A stretch of DNA of 37,209 nt from Archangiaceae bacterium (GTDB taxonomy: Bacteria; Myxococcota; Myxococcia; Myxococcales; Myxococcaceae). The DNA lies in assembly GCA_043750125.1 (NCBI GenBank), contig JAYVCD010000007.1:1-37209 (forward strand). Reading direction: 5' to 3'. The notes under the pieces are model-generated. The model saw nothing but the letters and a program-made list of their open reading frames with translations. It did not search any database and was not told the origin of the DNA. The translations under genes and the position numbers were made by a program. Below, in pieces: positions 21,025 through 31,142 of this stretch. Position 1 is the first letter of the stretch. Every line of letters starts with the position of its first letter.

Positions 21025-21077
21025 GGTGATTCTCCGGTGATTTTGAAGGTACCGCTTGATGCGGCATTCCGGTGTTC

Positions 21078-21093
21078 GCAGCCGATGTGCCAG
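21078..21093 (-). promoter_or_regulatory. sigma54 (-24/-12) promoter for the small secreted protein
   Basis: Minus strand CTGGCACATCGGCTGC: TGGCAC plus exact GG-N10-GC spacing, ~54 bp before ATG 21024. Confidence 0.75.
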
Positions 21094-21133
21094 CCCACAG
21101 GGCCCTGAAATTCCATCGGAACCTTTCGACGGT

Positions 21134-21150
21134 TGGGGATGAGATCCCCA
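21134..21150. promoter_or_regulatory. Inverted repeat, candidate enhancer site
   Basis: TGGGGAT-GAG-ATCCCCA, perfect 7-bp arms, upstream of the sigma54 promoter. Second TCCCCA half-site at ~21177-21182. Confidence 0.55.
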
Positions 21151-21204
21151 CATTGCGGGTTGAGGTGTTGCCGCCTTCCCCAGTTTCAACCTAAGGACAA
21201 CGGG

Positions 21205-22620
21205 ATGGTTCGCCCTTCTTCCCGCCTACCGATTCGAGGCTTTCGGCTCGGCTTCCTGGTGGTGGTGGCGCTGCTGACCGGGGGCGCGGGGTTCATCCTC
21301 TACAGCGCCCAGCGCACCAACCAGCGGACGGATCATCTGGTCGCGGCCTCGATGGAACGCGAGCGGTTGATTGGACTGCTGCGTCTGGACGCGACCCTGC
21401 TTTCACAGGCAGCCAATGATCACATCAACGCCGAGACCGATGACGAGCGGCAGAGCGCCGACGGGGCGATGGGGGTGATCCTCGAAGAGATCCAGACCTC
21501 GTCCAACAAGTACACCTCGGACCTTCCGCGCAGCGAAGTGGTCACCTGGCTCAAGCTCAAAGAGACCAGCGAGAAGCTGGTGAAGACGGTCGGGGTGACG
21601 GTGAAGTACTCGAACCGCAAAGAGGCTGAGCGCGCGCGGCTTCACCTCGAGCAGGAAGTAAAGCCGATCAACTTCGAGCTCGATGACGTGGCGAACGAGC
21701 TGGCGCGGCAGAACGCGGAAGAGACGCAGAAGCTGCTCCACAACCTTCAAGATCTGCGCTGGCGGGCGACCCAGGCCGCGGTCGCCGTCGTCGGGCTGGC
21801 GGTGCTGCTGTCGTTGTTGGTCGCGCTGCAGGTGACGCGGCTGCTCAATCGGCAGCAACAGACCATTTCGGAGCAGATGAGCGAGCTCAGCCGCCGCAAC
21901 CAGGAGCTCGATTCGTTTGCGTCCCGGGTGGCGCACGACTTGATTTCTCCGCTCTCGCCGCTGAAGGGGTACCTCACGCTGGCGCGCCGACAGTCGGGCG
22001 ACCCGCAGATCAAAGAGCTGCTCACCCAGGCCGAGTCCTCCACCAGTCGAATGAGCGAGCTGGTCGACGCGTTGCTCCGCTTTTGCCGCGCGGGCAAACC
22101 CAGCGAGCGAAGCAGCGGCGAGCTCGACACTGCGGTGACGACGATTCTGCTCGAGCAAAGCCAGGCCGCGGCGGCGCTGGGCGTTCATCTCGAGCGGCAC
22201 CTGACTCCGAACGTTCAGGTCCAGTGTCCAGGCACGTTGCTGCAGTCGATCGCCCAGAACGTCCTTTCCAACGCGGTCAAATACACCGCTGGAAAACCTG
22301 ACGCCCGGGTGACGGTGCGGGTGAGCGCGGAAAAGGGCTTTGCCCAGCTGGAGGTCACCGACAACGGCCCGGGGATGAGCGAGGAGTCGCGCCAGCAGCT
22401 GTTCACTCCGTTCTTTCGTGCTCCAGAGGTGCGCGGCAAGCCCGGTCACGGGTTGGGGTTGGCGACCACCAAGCGGCTGGTCGAGGCCCACCACGGGAGT
22501 ATCGAAGTGAAAACCGCGCTCGGGGTGGGGACCCAGGTCTCGGTGCGGCTGCCGCTGGTCGAGCGGGCGCTGGACCCCGGATCTTCGCGCGTCGCCACGG
22601 CAGGGCTGAGCACCCGGTGA
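21205..22620 (+). CDS. Membrane sensor histidine kinase
   Basis: Two TMs flanking a helical periplasmic domain. H-box VAHDLISPL, NVLSNAVKY, DNGPGM, GHGLGL. ATG 21205 preceded by AAGGA. Confidence 0.92.
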   Translation: MVRPSSRLPIRGFRLGFLVVVALLTGGAGFILYSAQRTNQRTDHLVAASMERERLIGLLRLDATLLSQAANDHINAETDDERQSADGAMGVILEEIQTSSNKYTSDLPRSEVVTWLKLKETSEKLVKTVGVTVKYSNRKEAERARLHLEQEVKPINFELDDVANELARQNAEETQKLLHNLQDLRWRATQAAVAVVGLAVLLSLLVALQVTRLLNRQQQTISEQMSELSRRNQELDSFASRVAHDLISPLSPLKGYLTLARRQSGDPQIKELLTQAESSTSRMSELVDALLRFCRAGKPSERSSGELDTAVTTILLEQSQAAAALGVHLERHLTPNVQVQCPGTLLQSIAQNVLSNAVKYTAGKPDARVTVRVSAEKGFAQLEVTDNGPGMSEESRQQLFTPFFRAPEVRGKPGHGLGLATTKRLVEAHHGSIEVKTALGVGTQVSVRLPLVERALDPGSSRVATAGLSTR

Positions 22621-23957
22621 AGCCCAGAATTCTCACCGTCGACGATGATCCGCACGCGCTCGACTTGCTGCAGCGCCTGCTCGGGCCCATGGGCCAGGTG
22701 CGGCAGGCGTCGAACGCCGCGGACGCGGTGGCGATGCTGTCGAGCTCGGTGGTCTTCGACCTGGTCCTCACCGACATGGCGATGCCCAACCCGGGCGATG
22801 GGCTGACGGTGCTCAACGCGTCCCGCGAACATCAGCCCGAAACGCCGGTGGTGATCGTGACCGCGTACGGAAACATCGAAGGTGCGCTCGACACGATTCA
22901 GCAGGGCGCCTTCGACTACCTGTCCAAGCCGTTCGATGTCGATGCGATCATCCGCGTCGCGCGGCGCGCGCTGGACCAGAAGCGCCTCGTCGCCGAGAAC
23001 CGGAACCTTCGCCAGCAGGTCAAGCAGACCCGGCTGGTGGGACGAAGCTCGGCGCTGCTCGAGGTCTACAAGCAGGTGGCGCGGGCAGCTCCGTCGAGCG
23101 TTCCGGTGTTGATTACCGGAGAGACCGGCACCGGCAAAGAGCAGGTGGCCCGCGCGTTACACGAACGCAGCGAACGCGCCGCGGGCCCCTTCATCCCCGT
23201 CGACTGCGGCGCGATCGCCGAGTCGCTGATGGAATCCGAGCTGTTCGGGCACGCGCGCGGCGCCTTCACCGGCGCGACCGGGGCCCGGCGCGGGTTGTTC
23301 GAAGAGGCTTCGGGCGGCACACTGTTTCTCGATGAGATTGGAGATGTGGGGCCGAAGATTCAGGCCCAGCTGCTGCGCGCGCTTCAAGAGGGCGAGATCC
23401 GCCGGGTGGGCGAGAGCGCGGCGGTGAAGGTCGACGTGCGGGTGGTCGCGGCCACCAACAAAGACCTGTCCGCGCTGGCGGCGGAAGGGAAATTTCGGGC
23501 GGATCTTCTCTACCGGCTCGATGTGGTGCGGCTGCATCTGCCTCCGTTGCGCGAGCGACGCGAAGACATTCCGCTGCTGGTCGAACACTTCGCCTCGCAC
23601 CACGCCCGCGGAGGGGCAGGCCCGGTCGTCACCAAAGACGCCCTCGAGCGGCTGATGACCTACGACTGGCCGGGCAACGTGCGGCAGCTGGAGAACGTCG
23701 TCGCGCGCGCGCTGGCGCTCAACGCGACCGGGGTGGTGGGGCCAGGAGACTTCCCTGCTCCGATTGGAGATCGCGCTTCGAAGCCGCAGGGTCTGACCGG
23801 GGACAGTCCCACTCTGGCCGAGCTGTCGCGCCGCTACGCTGCGACGGTGTTGCAGCAGGTGGGAGGCAACAAGTCGGAGGCGGCCCGGCTGCTGGGAGTG
23901 GATCGCAAGACGCTCTACAAGCTGCTCGGGCCGGGCGTGGAAACCGAGAGCGAGTGA
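22617..23957 (+). CDS. NtrC-family sigma54-dependent response regulator
   Basis: Receiver (VDDD, LTDMAMP), Walker A GETGTGKE, GAFTGA, Fis-type HTH. GTGA overlap with the kinase. Confidence 0.95.
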   Translation: MKPRILTVDDDPHALDLLQRLLGPMGQVRQASNAADAVAMLSSSVVFDLVLTDMAMPNPGDGLTVLNASREHQPETPVVIVTAYGNIEGALDTIQQGAFDYLSKPFDVDAIIRVARRALDQKRLVAENRNLRQQVKQTRLVGRSSALLEVYKQVARAAPSSVPVLITGETGTGKEQVARALHERSERAAGPFIPVDCGAIAESLMESELFGHARGAFTGATGARRGLFEEASGGTLFLDEIGDVGPKIQAQLLRALQEGEIRRVGESAAVKVDVRVVAATNKDLSALAAEGKFRADLLYRLDVVRLHLPPLRERREDIPLLVEHFASHHARGGAGPVVTKDALERLMTYDWPGNVRQLENVVARALALNATGVVGPGDFPAPIGDRASKPQGLTGDSPTLAELSRRYAATVLQQVGGNKSEAARLLGVDRKTLYKLLGPGVETESE

Positions 23958-24547
23958 CGGCCGGCAGCGCGGGCCGGTACTCAGAGCTGCTGCTCGCCTC
24001 GACCTCAGCGGCGCGAAAGGCGTTGCTCACTGCGCTCGGGGTCCCTTTTCGATGTGAGGCCCCGGGAGTCGATGAGTCGGTGTCCCCCGGCACGTCGCCG
24101 GCCGAGGCGGTCGGGCTGTTGGCCGAGCGGAAGGCGCGGGCGGTCGCGGCAAGGTTTCCCGGAGCCCTGGTGATTGGGTCCGACCAGTTGGTGGAAGTCG
24201 ATGGGAACGCGCTGGGGAAACCTGCCGACGCGAAGGAAGCCCGGGCCCAGCTGCAAACGATGGCCGGGCGCAGCCACCAGATTCTCACCGGGCTGTGCGT
24301 GCTCGGCCCGGGCTTTTCGAAGACCGGAATCGACGCAGCGAAGCTGACCTTGTGGCCGCTGTCGGCTGCCGAGCTCGAAGGCTACGTGGCCACCGCAGAG
24401 TGGGAAGGCTGCGCGGGCAGCTATCGGGTCGAAGGCCGGGGCCAGGCGTTGTTCGAAAAGATTGAAGGGGACCGCACCGGAATTCAGGGGCTGCCGATGA
24501 CCTTGCTGGTGGGATTTCTTCGCGAGGCAGGCGTTTGGTTCTTTTAG
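23954..24547 (+). CDS. maf: Maf-family nucleoside triphosphate pyrophosphatase (YceF-like motifs)
   Basis: LASTSAARK, IGSDQ, LGKP, CAGSY, IQGLPM. Confidence 0.92.
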   Translation: MTAGSAGRYSELLLASTSAARKALLTALGVPFRCEAPGVDESVSPGTSPAEAVGLLAERKARAVAARFPGALVIGSDQLVEVDGNALGKPADAKEARAQLQTMAGRSHQILTGLCVLGPGFSKTGIDAAKLTLWPLSAAELEGYVATAEWEGCAGSYRVEGRGQALFEKIEGDRTGIQGLPMTLLVGFLREAGVWFF

Positions 24548-24763
24548 GAAAATGGCGCCCAGTGTACGGGCAGCTCTGACTTTTCGGGACAGCGGATGGG
24601 GCGCGTAAACGTTTGCAGGCGTTGCCCTTCAAACGCAGAATCGAGAACGGATTCGGGTCACGGGTTGCTGGCGTCGAGTCTCACCATTTTAAGTGCCCCA
24701 CTTTCTGACTGCGCGATGGATGGCGTTTCATTCCGCTGAAGCGATTGGCCCGAGCTCCACGAA

Positions 24764-26521
24764 ATGAGCATGCCGACCCGTCGGGCCTTGCGGCTGGTGA
24801 TTCGAAACCGAGATCAGCACCTGCAGCGGCTGCTTCCGCCCGGAGCGCAGGTTCGACTGGCGGGCCGAGCGCCGTGTGACGTTCAGCTGTCGGGGGTGGT
24901 GGGCGCGGTGCGGGTAGAGCGGGTGGAAGGCGCCGACGCGGTGCGGCTCTTCAACGAGAGTGCGCAGGAGCTCACGCTGGACGAAGTGCCGCTCGAGCCG
25001 GGGATGAGCGGGAAGCTGGGCCCGGGGTCCACCGCGCTGTGGGGGCCGGCCCGATTGGTGCTGGAGAACGGGGTGATGGCGGCGCCTGCCCAGCGGAGGA
25101 TCTGCACCCACTCGTATTTCGAGACGCGGCTGGAAGAAGAGTGCTTCCGCGCCGCACAACAGAGCACTTCCTTTGCGATTGTCGCGGTGGCGATTGCACC
25201 CGGCCCGTCGCCGAAGCAAATCGAAGAGCAGCTGGCCAACGTGCTTCGGGTGCTGGACGTGGTCTGCAGCTGGGGAGAGCGTCGGTACGAGCTGCTGCTG
25301 TTCGACGCCAACCCCGAGCAGGCCCGGATGATCTGCGCGCGGATCGTGACCGCGCTGTCGACGTTGGGAGCAATTCCGAAGCTGGGGCTCGCCTGCTTTC
25401 CGATCGATGGCGATGACCCCCACCTGCTGATCGAGAAGGCCAGCGCGACCCTGGTCGAAGGGGCGGTGGCCCGGGTGGAAGAGACGCGCCTGACGGGAAT
25501 GGGGCAGATCAACGCTTTGATTCAGCGCATCGCGCCCACCCCGCTGAGCGTGTTGCTTCAGGGCGAGACCGGAGTGGGCAAAGAGGTGGTCGCCCGAGCG
25601 ATTCACAAATTGTCGGTTCGCGCCCACAAGCCGATGGTCAACCTGATCATCGCCGCGATGCCCGAGACGCTGCTCGAGAGCGAGCTGTTCGGCTACGAGA
25701 AGGGCGCCTTCACCGGAGCGACCCAGGCGAAGACGGGCCTGCTGGAAGTGGCCGACGGCGGCACGGTGTACCTGGACGAAATCGGCGAGATGCCGCTGAG
25801 CTCGCAGGTCAAGCTGCTGCGGGTGCTCGAGAGTCGAGAGGTGGTCCCGGTCGGAGGAACGAAGCCGCGCCCGGTCGACGTCCGGATCATCAGCGCGACC
25901 AACCGGGACCTGGAACAGGAAGTCGAACGGGGGCAGTTTCGCGCGGACCTGATGTTCCGGATCAACGCGGTCACCATCCGGATTCCTCCCCTGCGCGAAC
26001 GGCTCGATGAGTTCGATGAGATCGCGCGCCGGTTGGTCGAAGAATCAGCGTTGCGAATGAGTCGGGAACCGGCGCAGCTGACCGCGGCGGCGCTGCAGTT
26101 GCTGCGCGCCTACCCGTGGCCCGGAAACGTGCGAGAGCTCAAGAACACTCTCGAGCGCGCGGTGGTGCTCTCGAAGACGCCGACCATTGACGTCGAGAGC
26201 TTCGATGAAGAGAAATTTCAGAATCGATTTGCGGTTCGACGGGGGGGACCGGGTCCTCGCCCGCTGGTGGCGGCGGCGGCGACTCAAAGTCCGCTTTTGC
26301 CGTCGGGCTCAGCCGAGCAGCTGCGGCAGCAGGCGAACGACGCCGAAAAGCAGGCGGCGATCGAAGCGCTCGAGGCGTGCGCCGGCAACCAGACTGCGGC
26401 GGCGAAGATGCTCGGGATTACCCGGCGAACGCTGATCGTGCGCATTCGAAAATATGGCCTTCCCCGGCCCCGGTCGGCCGAGGCGAGTGAGCCGGAAATC
26501 GACGCGCCTTCGAAGACGTAA
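24764..26521 (+). CDS. sigma54 enhancer-binding protein with FHA-like and degenerate GGDEF-like N-terminal domains
   Basis: [32 protein letters not shown]-terminal HTH. No receiver domain. The [33 protein letters not shown] segment has GGDEF-fold layout without the motif. Confidence 0.88.
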   Translation: MSMPTRRALRLVIRNRDQHLQRLLPPGAQVRLAGRAPCDVQLSGVVGAVRVERVEGADAVRLFNESAQELTLDEVPLEPGMSGKLGPGSTALWGPARLVLENGVMAAPAQRRICTHSYFETRLEEECFRAAQQSTSFAIVAVAIAPGPSPKQIEEQLANVLRVLDVVCSWGERRYELLLFDANPEQARMICARIVTALSTLGAIPKLGLACFPIDGDDPHLLIEKASATLVEGAVARVEETRLTGMGQINALIQRIAPTPLSVLLQGETGVGKEVVARAIHKLSVRAHKPMVNLIIAAMPETLLESELFGYEKGAFTGATQAKTGLLEVADGGTVYLDEIGEMPLSSQVKLLRVLESREVVPVGGTKPRPVDVRIISATNRDLEQEVERGQFRADLMFRINAVTIRIPPLRERLDEFDEIARRLVEESALRMSREPAQLTAAALQLLRAYPWPGNVRELKNTLERAVVLSKTPTIDVESFDEEKFQNRFAVRRGGPGPRPLVAAAATQSPLLPSGSAEQLRQQANDAEKQAAIEALEACAGNQTAAAKMLGITRRTLIVRIRKYGLPRPRSAEASEPEIDAPSKT

Positions 26522-26523
26522 GG

Positions 26524-26570
26524 ACCCGCACCGCTCTCGAGCCCGAGGGGAAATGGGGTGCGGTGTGGGT
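26524..26570. other. Intergenic stem-loop
   Basis: ACCCGCACCGC ... GCGGTGTGGGT arms (one G-U pair) directly after the activator stop. No U-tract. Confidence 0.35.
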
Positions 26571-26630
26571 GCGTGATTCGCAGAGCGGAAACTCGTGGTT
26601 TGAAGTCATCGCCATTACACTCGACAGCCG

Positions 26631-27569
26631 ATGAGTGGCGTGTTCCGGGAAGAAGCCATCGCGCATCAGGAGGAACTGCGGCGCGCCCAGAACCTGGGGC
26701 GGCTTCTTCGGCTCACTCCCGCCTGGCTCGATGTGGCGTACCGGGCGGTGATCTTGATGATGGTCAGCGGGTGCGCTTTTCTGGCGGTGGCGCGCGTCGG
26801 CGACTTTGCCAGTGGGCCGGCGGTGGTGCGCTCGACCGCTCAGCAGATTCTCACTTCGACCCGCAGCGGGGTCGTGGCCGAGATTCACGTCCACCCCGGG
26901 CAGGAGGTCAAACGGGGCGACCTGTTGGTGCGGTTTGAAAGTCAGCCGTTCCTCGCCGAGCTGTCGGGGCTCGACGAGGCCATTCGCAACCAGACCCTGC
27001 GCAGCCTGAGCCATGTCGACGAGGAATCGGCCCGGGTGGCGCTGGCCAGTCTGTACGGTCAGCGAGACGAGATTCAGGCCCGGCTTCAGTCGCTGGGGGT
27101 GCGGGCGCCGTTCGATGGTCGGGTGCTCGACCTGCCTGTGCTGGTGGGCCAATACCGGGAAGCCGGTGACCCGGTGGCGCGAATCGAGAACGCCCAGGGC
27201 GCTTTCCGGCTGGTGGCGGCGGTGCAAGGCGAGTTTCGGCCGCTGTTGATGCCCGGCCAGGTGCTGGAAGTGGAATTCGACGGCTACCCCAACGCGATTC
27301 AAGAGCTGGTGGTGGGCCGGGTCTCGGATGCGGTGGTGGGCCCGGACGAAGTGCGGCGATACCTGGGCCGGTCGAACGCCGATGCGGTCGCGGTGACGGG
27401 TCCCCGGGTGCTGGTCGAAGCGGAATTCTCGAGCCCGACGTTCCGCCACCAGCATCAAGACCTGGCGTTGGTCGACGGGCTGACGGCGAAGGCGAGCGTG
27501 CGGGTTCAGTCGCAGCGGCTGATCGTCGCGTTGATTCCAGCCTTGAAGGCACTGCTCGACGATGGGTAG
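26631..27569 (+). CDS. HlyD-family membrane fusion protein
   Basis: FREEA N-terminus, single TM, lipoyl-like halves SGVVAEIHVHPGQEVKRGDLL and VRAPFDGRV. Adjacent to ABC transporter and TolC. Confidence 0.9.
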   Translation: MSGVFREEAIAHQEELRRAQNLGRLLRLTPAWLDVAYRAVILMMVSGCAFLAVARVGDFASGPAVVRSTAQQILTSTRSGVVAEIHVHPGQEVKRGDLLVRFESQPFLAELSGLDEAIRNQTLRSLSHVDEESARVALASLYGQRDEIQARLQSLGVRAPFDGRVLDLPVLVGQYREAGDPVARIENAQGAFRLVAAVQGEFRPLLMPGQVLEVEFDGYPNAIQELVVGRVSDAVVGPDEVRRYLGRSNADAVAVTGPRVLVEAEFSSPTFRHQHQDLALVDGLTAKASVRVQSQRLIVALIPALKALLDDG

Positions 27570-29775
27570 CCCCCTTCCCGAACCTCAGAGCACGGTGGTC
27601 GAACGCACGCTCGAGGCCTTGCGCCGCGCGACGATCGACCGGGATCCTTTCCGGTTCATCGAAGGCACGACGGCGGTCGACTGTGGCCTCGCGTCATTGG
27701 CGATGGTCCTCGCCTATCACGGGCGTCACGTCACCATCGAGCAGCTGCGAAAGACGCTGCCGATCGACACCGACGGAGTGAGCGCCCGGATGTTGCTCGA
27801 TGCGGCCCGGGTCTACGGGCTGCGCGCGCGGGCGGTGACCCTCGAGTTTGATCAGCTCGAGGCAGTGCCGCCTGCGTCGATCCTCTACTGGAACTTCAAC
27901 CACTTCGTGGTGCTCGACTGGGTTCGCGGCGGCAGCGCGCGGATCCTCGACCCGGCCTTCGGAGATCGCGAGCTGCCGCTGGATCAGGTGCGCAAGTCCT
28001 TCACCGGCGTGGTTTTGCTGTTGGAACCGACGGATCAATTCGAGCAGGTCGACACCCGGCCGTCCCTGTTTCGCTTCGTCCAGAAGGTGCTCAAAGACCG
28101 CGGGCTGATCGCGCGGATTCTGGTCGTCTCGGCCTGGATCCAGCTGCTCTCGTTCACCCTTCCGCTGCTGACCGGGTTGGTGGTCGACCGGTTGCTGCCG
28201 CGGAAAGACGAGGCGCTGTTCAAGGTCATCATCGCCGGGCTGGCCGTGGTGGTCGTCTTTCGCGCCTTCAGCGGGCTGGTGCGAGACCAGCTGATCTTGT
28301 ACCTGCGGACCCGTATCAACACCGAGCTGTTGGTCGGGCTTTTCGAACACGTCGTCCAGCTGCCGCTCGATTTTTTCCGCCGCAGACTCTCGGGTTCCCT
28401 GGTCCAGCGAATCGACAGCGTGGACTACATCCGCGAAGCGCTGGGGATCCAGGTGGTGTCGGTGTTGCTCGACGGGATCTTCGGCCTGTTGGCAGTCACG
28501 GTCTTGTTCTTCATCGACTGGCGCTTCGGAGCGCTGACGTTGTTCTGGAGCGCGGTCGACACCGCCGCGGTGGTTTCACGCTGGAAGCGCTTCTTGAAGA
28601 TCGCCCGGCGGCAGAGCGAAGAGGCGTCCCGCGCCCACGCCCAGCTGTTCGAGATGCTTTCCGGAATACAGATGATCAAGGCGGCGGGCGTCGAGCTGCG
28701 CATCCTCGGCCGCTGGGCCCACGCGCTGACCGACCAGCTGAACCTGCGGCTCGCGTTGGGCAGCATGGAAGCCTGGCTGAAGATGATCACCACCGGGATC
28801 GCGGTCATCGCTCCGGCCAGCGCGCTGATGCTCGGCACCCGCCTGGTGCTCGATGGGCAGATGAGCCTGGGCACGATGCTGGGAGTCAATGCGCTGGCGA
28901 TGTCGGCCCTCGTCGCGGCGGGATCCCTCGCCGACACGGTGCGCTCGCACCTCGAGTTGCCGGTGCACGCCACCCGAATTCAAGATCTGCTCGAGGTCGA
29001 GCCCGAGCACTTTGGGCGGACGGTGCGACCGGCAGGCCACCTGACCGGAGCGGTGAAGCTGTCGAAGGTCGTCTTCCGGTACGGGCCGCTGTCCCCGCTG
29101 GTGTTGGACGATGTGTCGCTGACGGTCGACGCGGGCCAGTTCGTGGCGATCGTGGGTCACTCGGGCTCGGGGAAGACGACGCTCGGCAACATGCTGATCG
29201 GGCTCGACTTGCCGGCCGAAGGCACGGTGGAGCTCGATGGGGTCAACATCCAGGAATTCGATCTGGGCACGGTGCGGCGGCAAACGGGAGTGGTGGGGCA
29301 AAAGACGTTTCTGCTCGCCGCCACGATTCGCGAGAACATCTCGCTCTTGGACAACGACATTCCGGTCGAGGAGATCATCGACGCCGCCCGGGTCGCAGCG
29401 ATTTCCGATGAGATCGAAGCGATGCCGATGAAGTACGACTCGCTGATCGCCGAAGACGGCAGCTCGCTGTCGGGAGGCCAACGCCAACGCCTGGCGATCG
29501 CGCGGGCCGTGGTCCGCAAGCCGGTGTTGATGCTGCTGGACGAAGCGACCAGCGCCCTCGATTCAGAGACCGAGCGGCGGCTGCAGACGAACCTGGCGTC
29601 GCTGCAATGCACCCGGATCGTAATTGCCCACCGGCTGAGCACCATTCGTCAGGCAGATCTGATCGTGGTGATGGCGAAGGGGAAGATCGTCGAGCAGGGC
29701 ACCCATTCGCAGCTGCTCGCGCTCAATGCCCATTACGCCCGGCTGATCGCCGCGCAGCTGGAACCGCAGTCGTGA
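27562..29775 (+). CDS. Peptidase C39-containing ABC transporter (PCAT, LanT/SunT type)
   Basis: DCGLASLAMV (Cys), NHFVVL (His), ILDPA (Asp). TM domain, GHSGSGKT, LSGGQRQ, LLDEATS, IAHRL. Confidence 0.95.
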   Translation: MGSPLPEPQSTVVERTLEALRRATIDRDPFRFIEGTTAVDCGLASLAMVLAYHGRHVTIEQLRKTLPIDTDGVSARMLLDAARVYGLRARAVTLEFDQLEAVPPASILYWNFNHFVVLDWVRGGSARILDPAFGDRELPLDQVRKSFTGVVLLLEPTDQFEQVDTRPSLFRFVQKVLKDRGLIARILVVSAWIQLLSFTLPLLTGLVVDRLLPRKDEALFKVIIAGLAVVVVFRAFSGLVRDQLILYLRTRINTELLVGLFEHVVQLPLDFFRRRLSGSLVQRIDSVDYIREALGIQVVSVLLDGIFGLLAVTVLFFIDWRFGALTLFWSAVDTAAVVSRWKRFLKIARRQSEEASRAHAQLFEMLSGIQMIKAAGVELRILGRWAHALTDQLNLRLALGSMEAWLKMITTGIAVIAPASALMLGTRLVLDGQMSLGTMLGVNALAMSALVAAGSLADTVRSHLELPVHATRIQDLLEVEPEHFGRTVRPAGHLTGAVKLSKVVFRYGPLSPLVLDDVSLTVDAGQFVAIVGHSGSGKTTLGNMLIGLDLPAEGTVELDGVNIQEFDLGTVRRQTGVVGQKTFLLAATIRENISLLDNDIPVEEIIDAARVAAISDEIEAMPMKYDSLIAEDGSSLSGGQRQRLAIARAVVRKPVLMLLDEATSALDSETERRLQTNLASLQCTRIVIAHRLSTIRQADLIVVMAKGKIVEQGTHSQLLALNAHYARLIAAQLEPQS

Positions 29776-31142
29776 CGGTGCGAGCCGTGGCGGCCTGGGT
29801 CGCGCTTTGGGCCACCGGGGCAGGCGCCGACCCGCTGACGCTGGACGAAGCGCTGGGACAAATCGATGGGTCGAGCGTCGAGGTGCTCGAAGCCCGGGCC
29901 CGGGTCGACCTGGCCCAGGCGCGCCAACGCACGGCGCTGGCCGGGTTGCTGCCGCGCCTCGAGGTGGCGGGGGCGATTTCGCGAAACTCGCTTCCCGCCG
30001 AGCTGGACTTCGTGGTGCCCGAGAAGGGCTACAGCGCTCGGCCGCTGGTCGGGCCGGGGATCCCGGCGGGCTCGCTCGAGCTGACGCCCAATGAAGTGAC
30101 GACCCTGACGGTGCAGCCGCTGACCCAGCTGTCGGTGACTGCGCAGGCGACGGTGCCGTTGCTCGATCTTCCGGCGGTGGGTCGGGTCCGCGCCACCGGA
30201 ACCCGGGCGAGGGCTTCAGGGCTGCAGCTTCAGCGGGTCCGCTTCGAGGCGCGGATCCGAATCTGGGAAGGGTTGCTGCAAGCCCGAGCGGCCGAGCAGC
30301 TGGTGTCGATTTCTCAGGCGCGGCTGAAGGTGGCGCGTGAACAAGAGCAGGCGGCGCGGCAGCGAACCCGTTCCGGAGAGCTGGCGCCGCTGGCGATGGC
30401 GAGGGCCGCCGCCACGGCCGCGGCAGCCGAGCGGACGCTGCGTCTGGCGAGGGCGAACGAGGTCGGAGCGCGACTGGCGATCGCCGCCCAGCTGGGGCGC
30501 GACGAACACTTCGCGGTGGGGGCGATTGCGTCTCCGGCGGCGGCGGCCTGGGAAGTGGACGACGCAAGCCAGAGCCCGAGGCTCACCGCGCGGCCCGACC
30601 TGCTGGCGGCGAATGCGTTGGTGGACGCGAGCCGGCAGGACGTCTGGACGGCGCGGCTGGGCCTGGCCCCTGAGCTCGATGCCAACGCCCAGTTCGTGGC
30701 GGGCAACGCCGAGAGCTTCAGCGGCGCCACCCAATACTGGCTGGTGCAGCTGCGGCTGCGGTGGAGGATTTTCGATGGGGGCCAGACGTACGGGTTGATT
30801 CGTGAAAGTGGGGCTCTGGTCCGCCAGGCGAGCGCGAACCAGCAGCGGCTCTCGAGAGAAGCCCAACGGATTCTGGGCCAGGCCAAAGAGCAGGTCGAAA
30901 CGGGAATTTCGGCGTTGGCCAGCGCCCGGGCCGAGCTGGCGTTTGCGACCGAGGCGCTGACCAGCGCGCGGGCGCTCTTCAACAGTGGCGAGGTGGGCTA
31001 CCTCGAGTTGCTCGACGCGCAGACCGGCCGGTTTGGAGCCGACGAGGCGGTGGTGATCGAACGGCTGCGGCTCGACGTGGGACGGCTGGCGTTGGCGCTG
31101 GCCCGCGGCGAGGAACCCGTGCCCAGCCCGGTCACGGAATGA
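29772..31142 (+). CDS. TolC-family outer membrane efflux protein
   Basis: GTG 29772 overlaps the PCAT stop. Signal peptide then LTLDEAL, LLPRLEV, RPDL, WRIFDGG, YLELLDAQ motifs. Confidence 0.9.
   Translation: MTVRAVAAWVALWATGAGADPLTLDEALGQIDGSSVEVLEARARVDLAQARQRTALAGLLPRLEVAGAISRNSLPAELDFVVPEKGYSARPLVGPGIPAGSLELTPNEVTTLTVQPLTQLSVTAQATVPLLDLPAVGRVRATGTRARASGLQLQRVRFEARIRIWEGLLQARAAEQLVSISQARLKVAREQEQAARQRTRSGELAPLAMARAAATAAAAERTLRLARANEVGARLAIAAQLGRDEHFAVGAIASPAAAAWEVDDASQSPRLTARPDLLAANALVDASRQDVWTARLGLAPELDANAQFVAGNAESFSGATQYWLVQLRLRWRIFDGGQTYGLIRESGALVRQASANQQRLSREAQRILGQAKEQVETGISALASARAELAFATEALTSARALFNSGEVGYLELLDAQTGRFGADEAVVIERLRLDVGRLALALARGEEPVPSPVTE

Noticed and set aside
24552-24608. 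18-codon ORF MAPSVRAALTFRDSGWGA as precursor
   Set aside because: Too short for leader plus core. It stops right after GA, leaving no core.
24654-24669. Possible sigma54 promoter CGGGTCACGGGTTGCT upstream of the activator
   Set aside because: GG-N10-GC spacing and TTGC fit, but the -24 box matches TGGCAC poorly, so it could be chance in GC-rich DNA.
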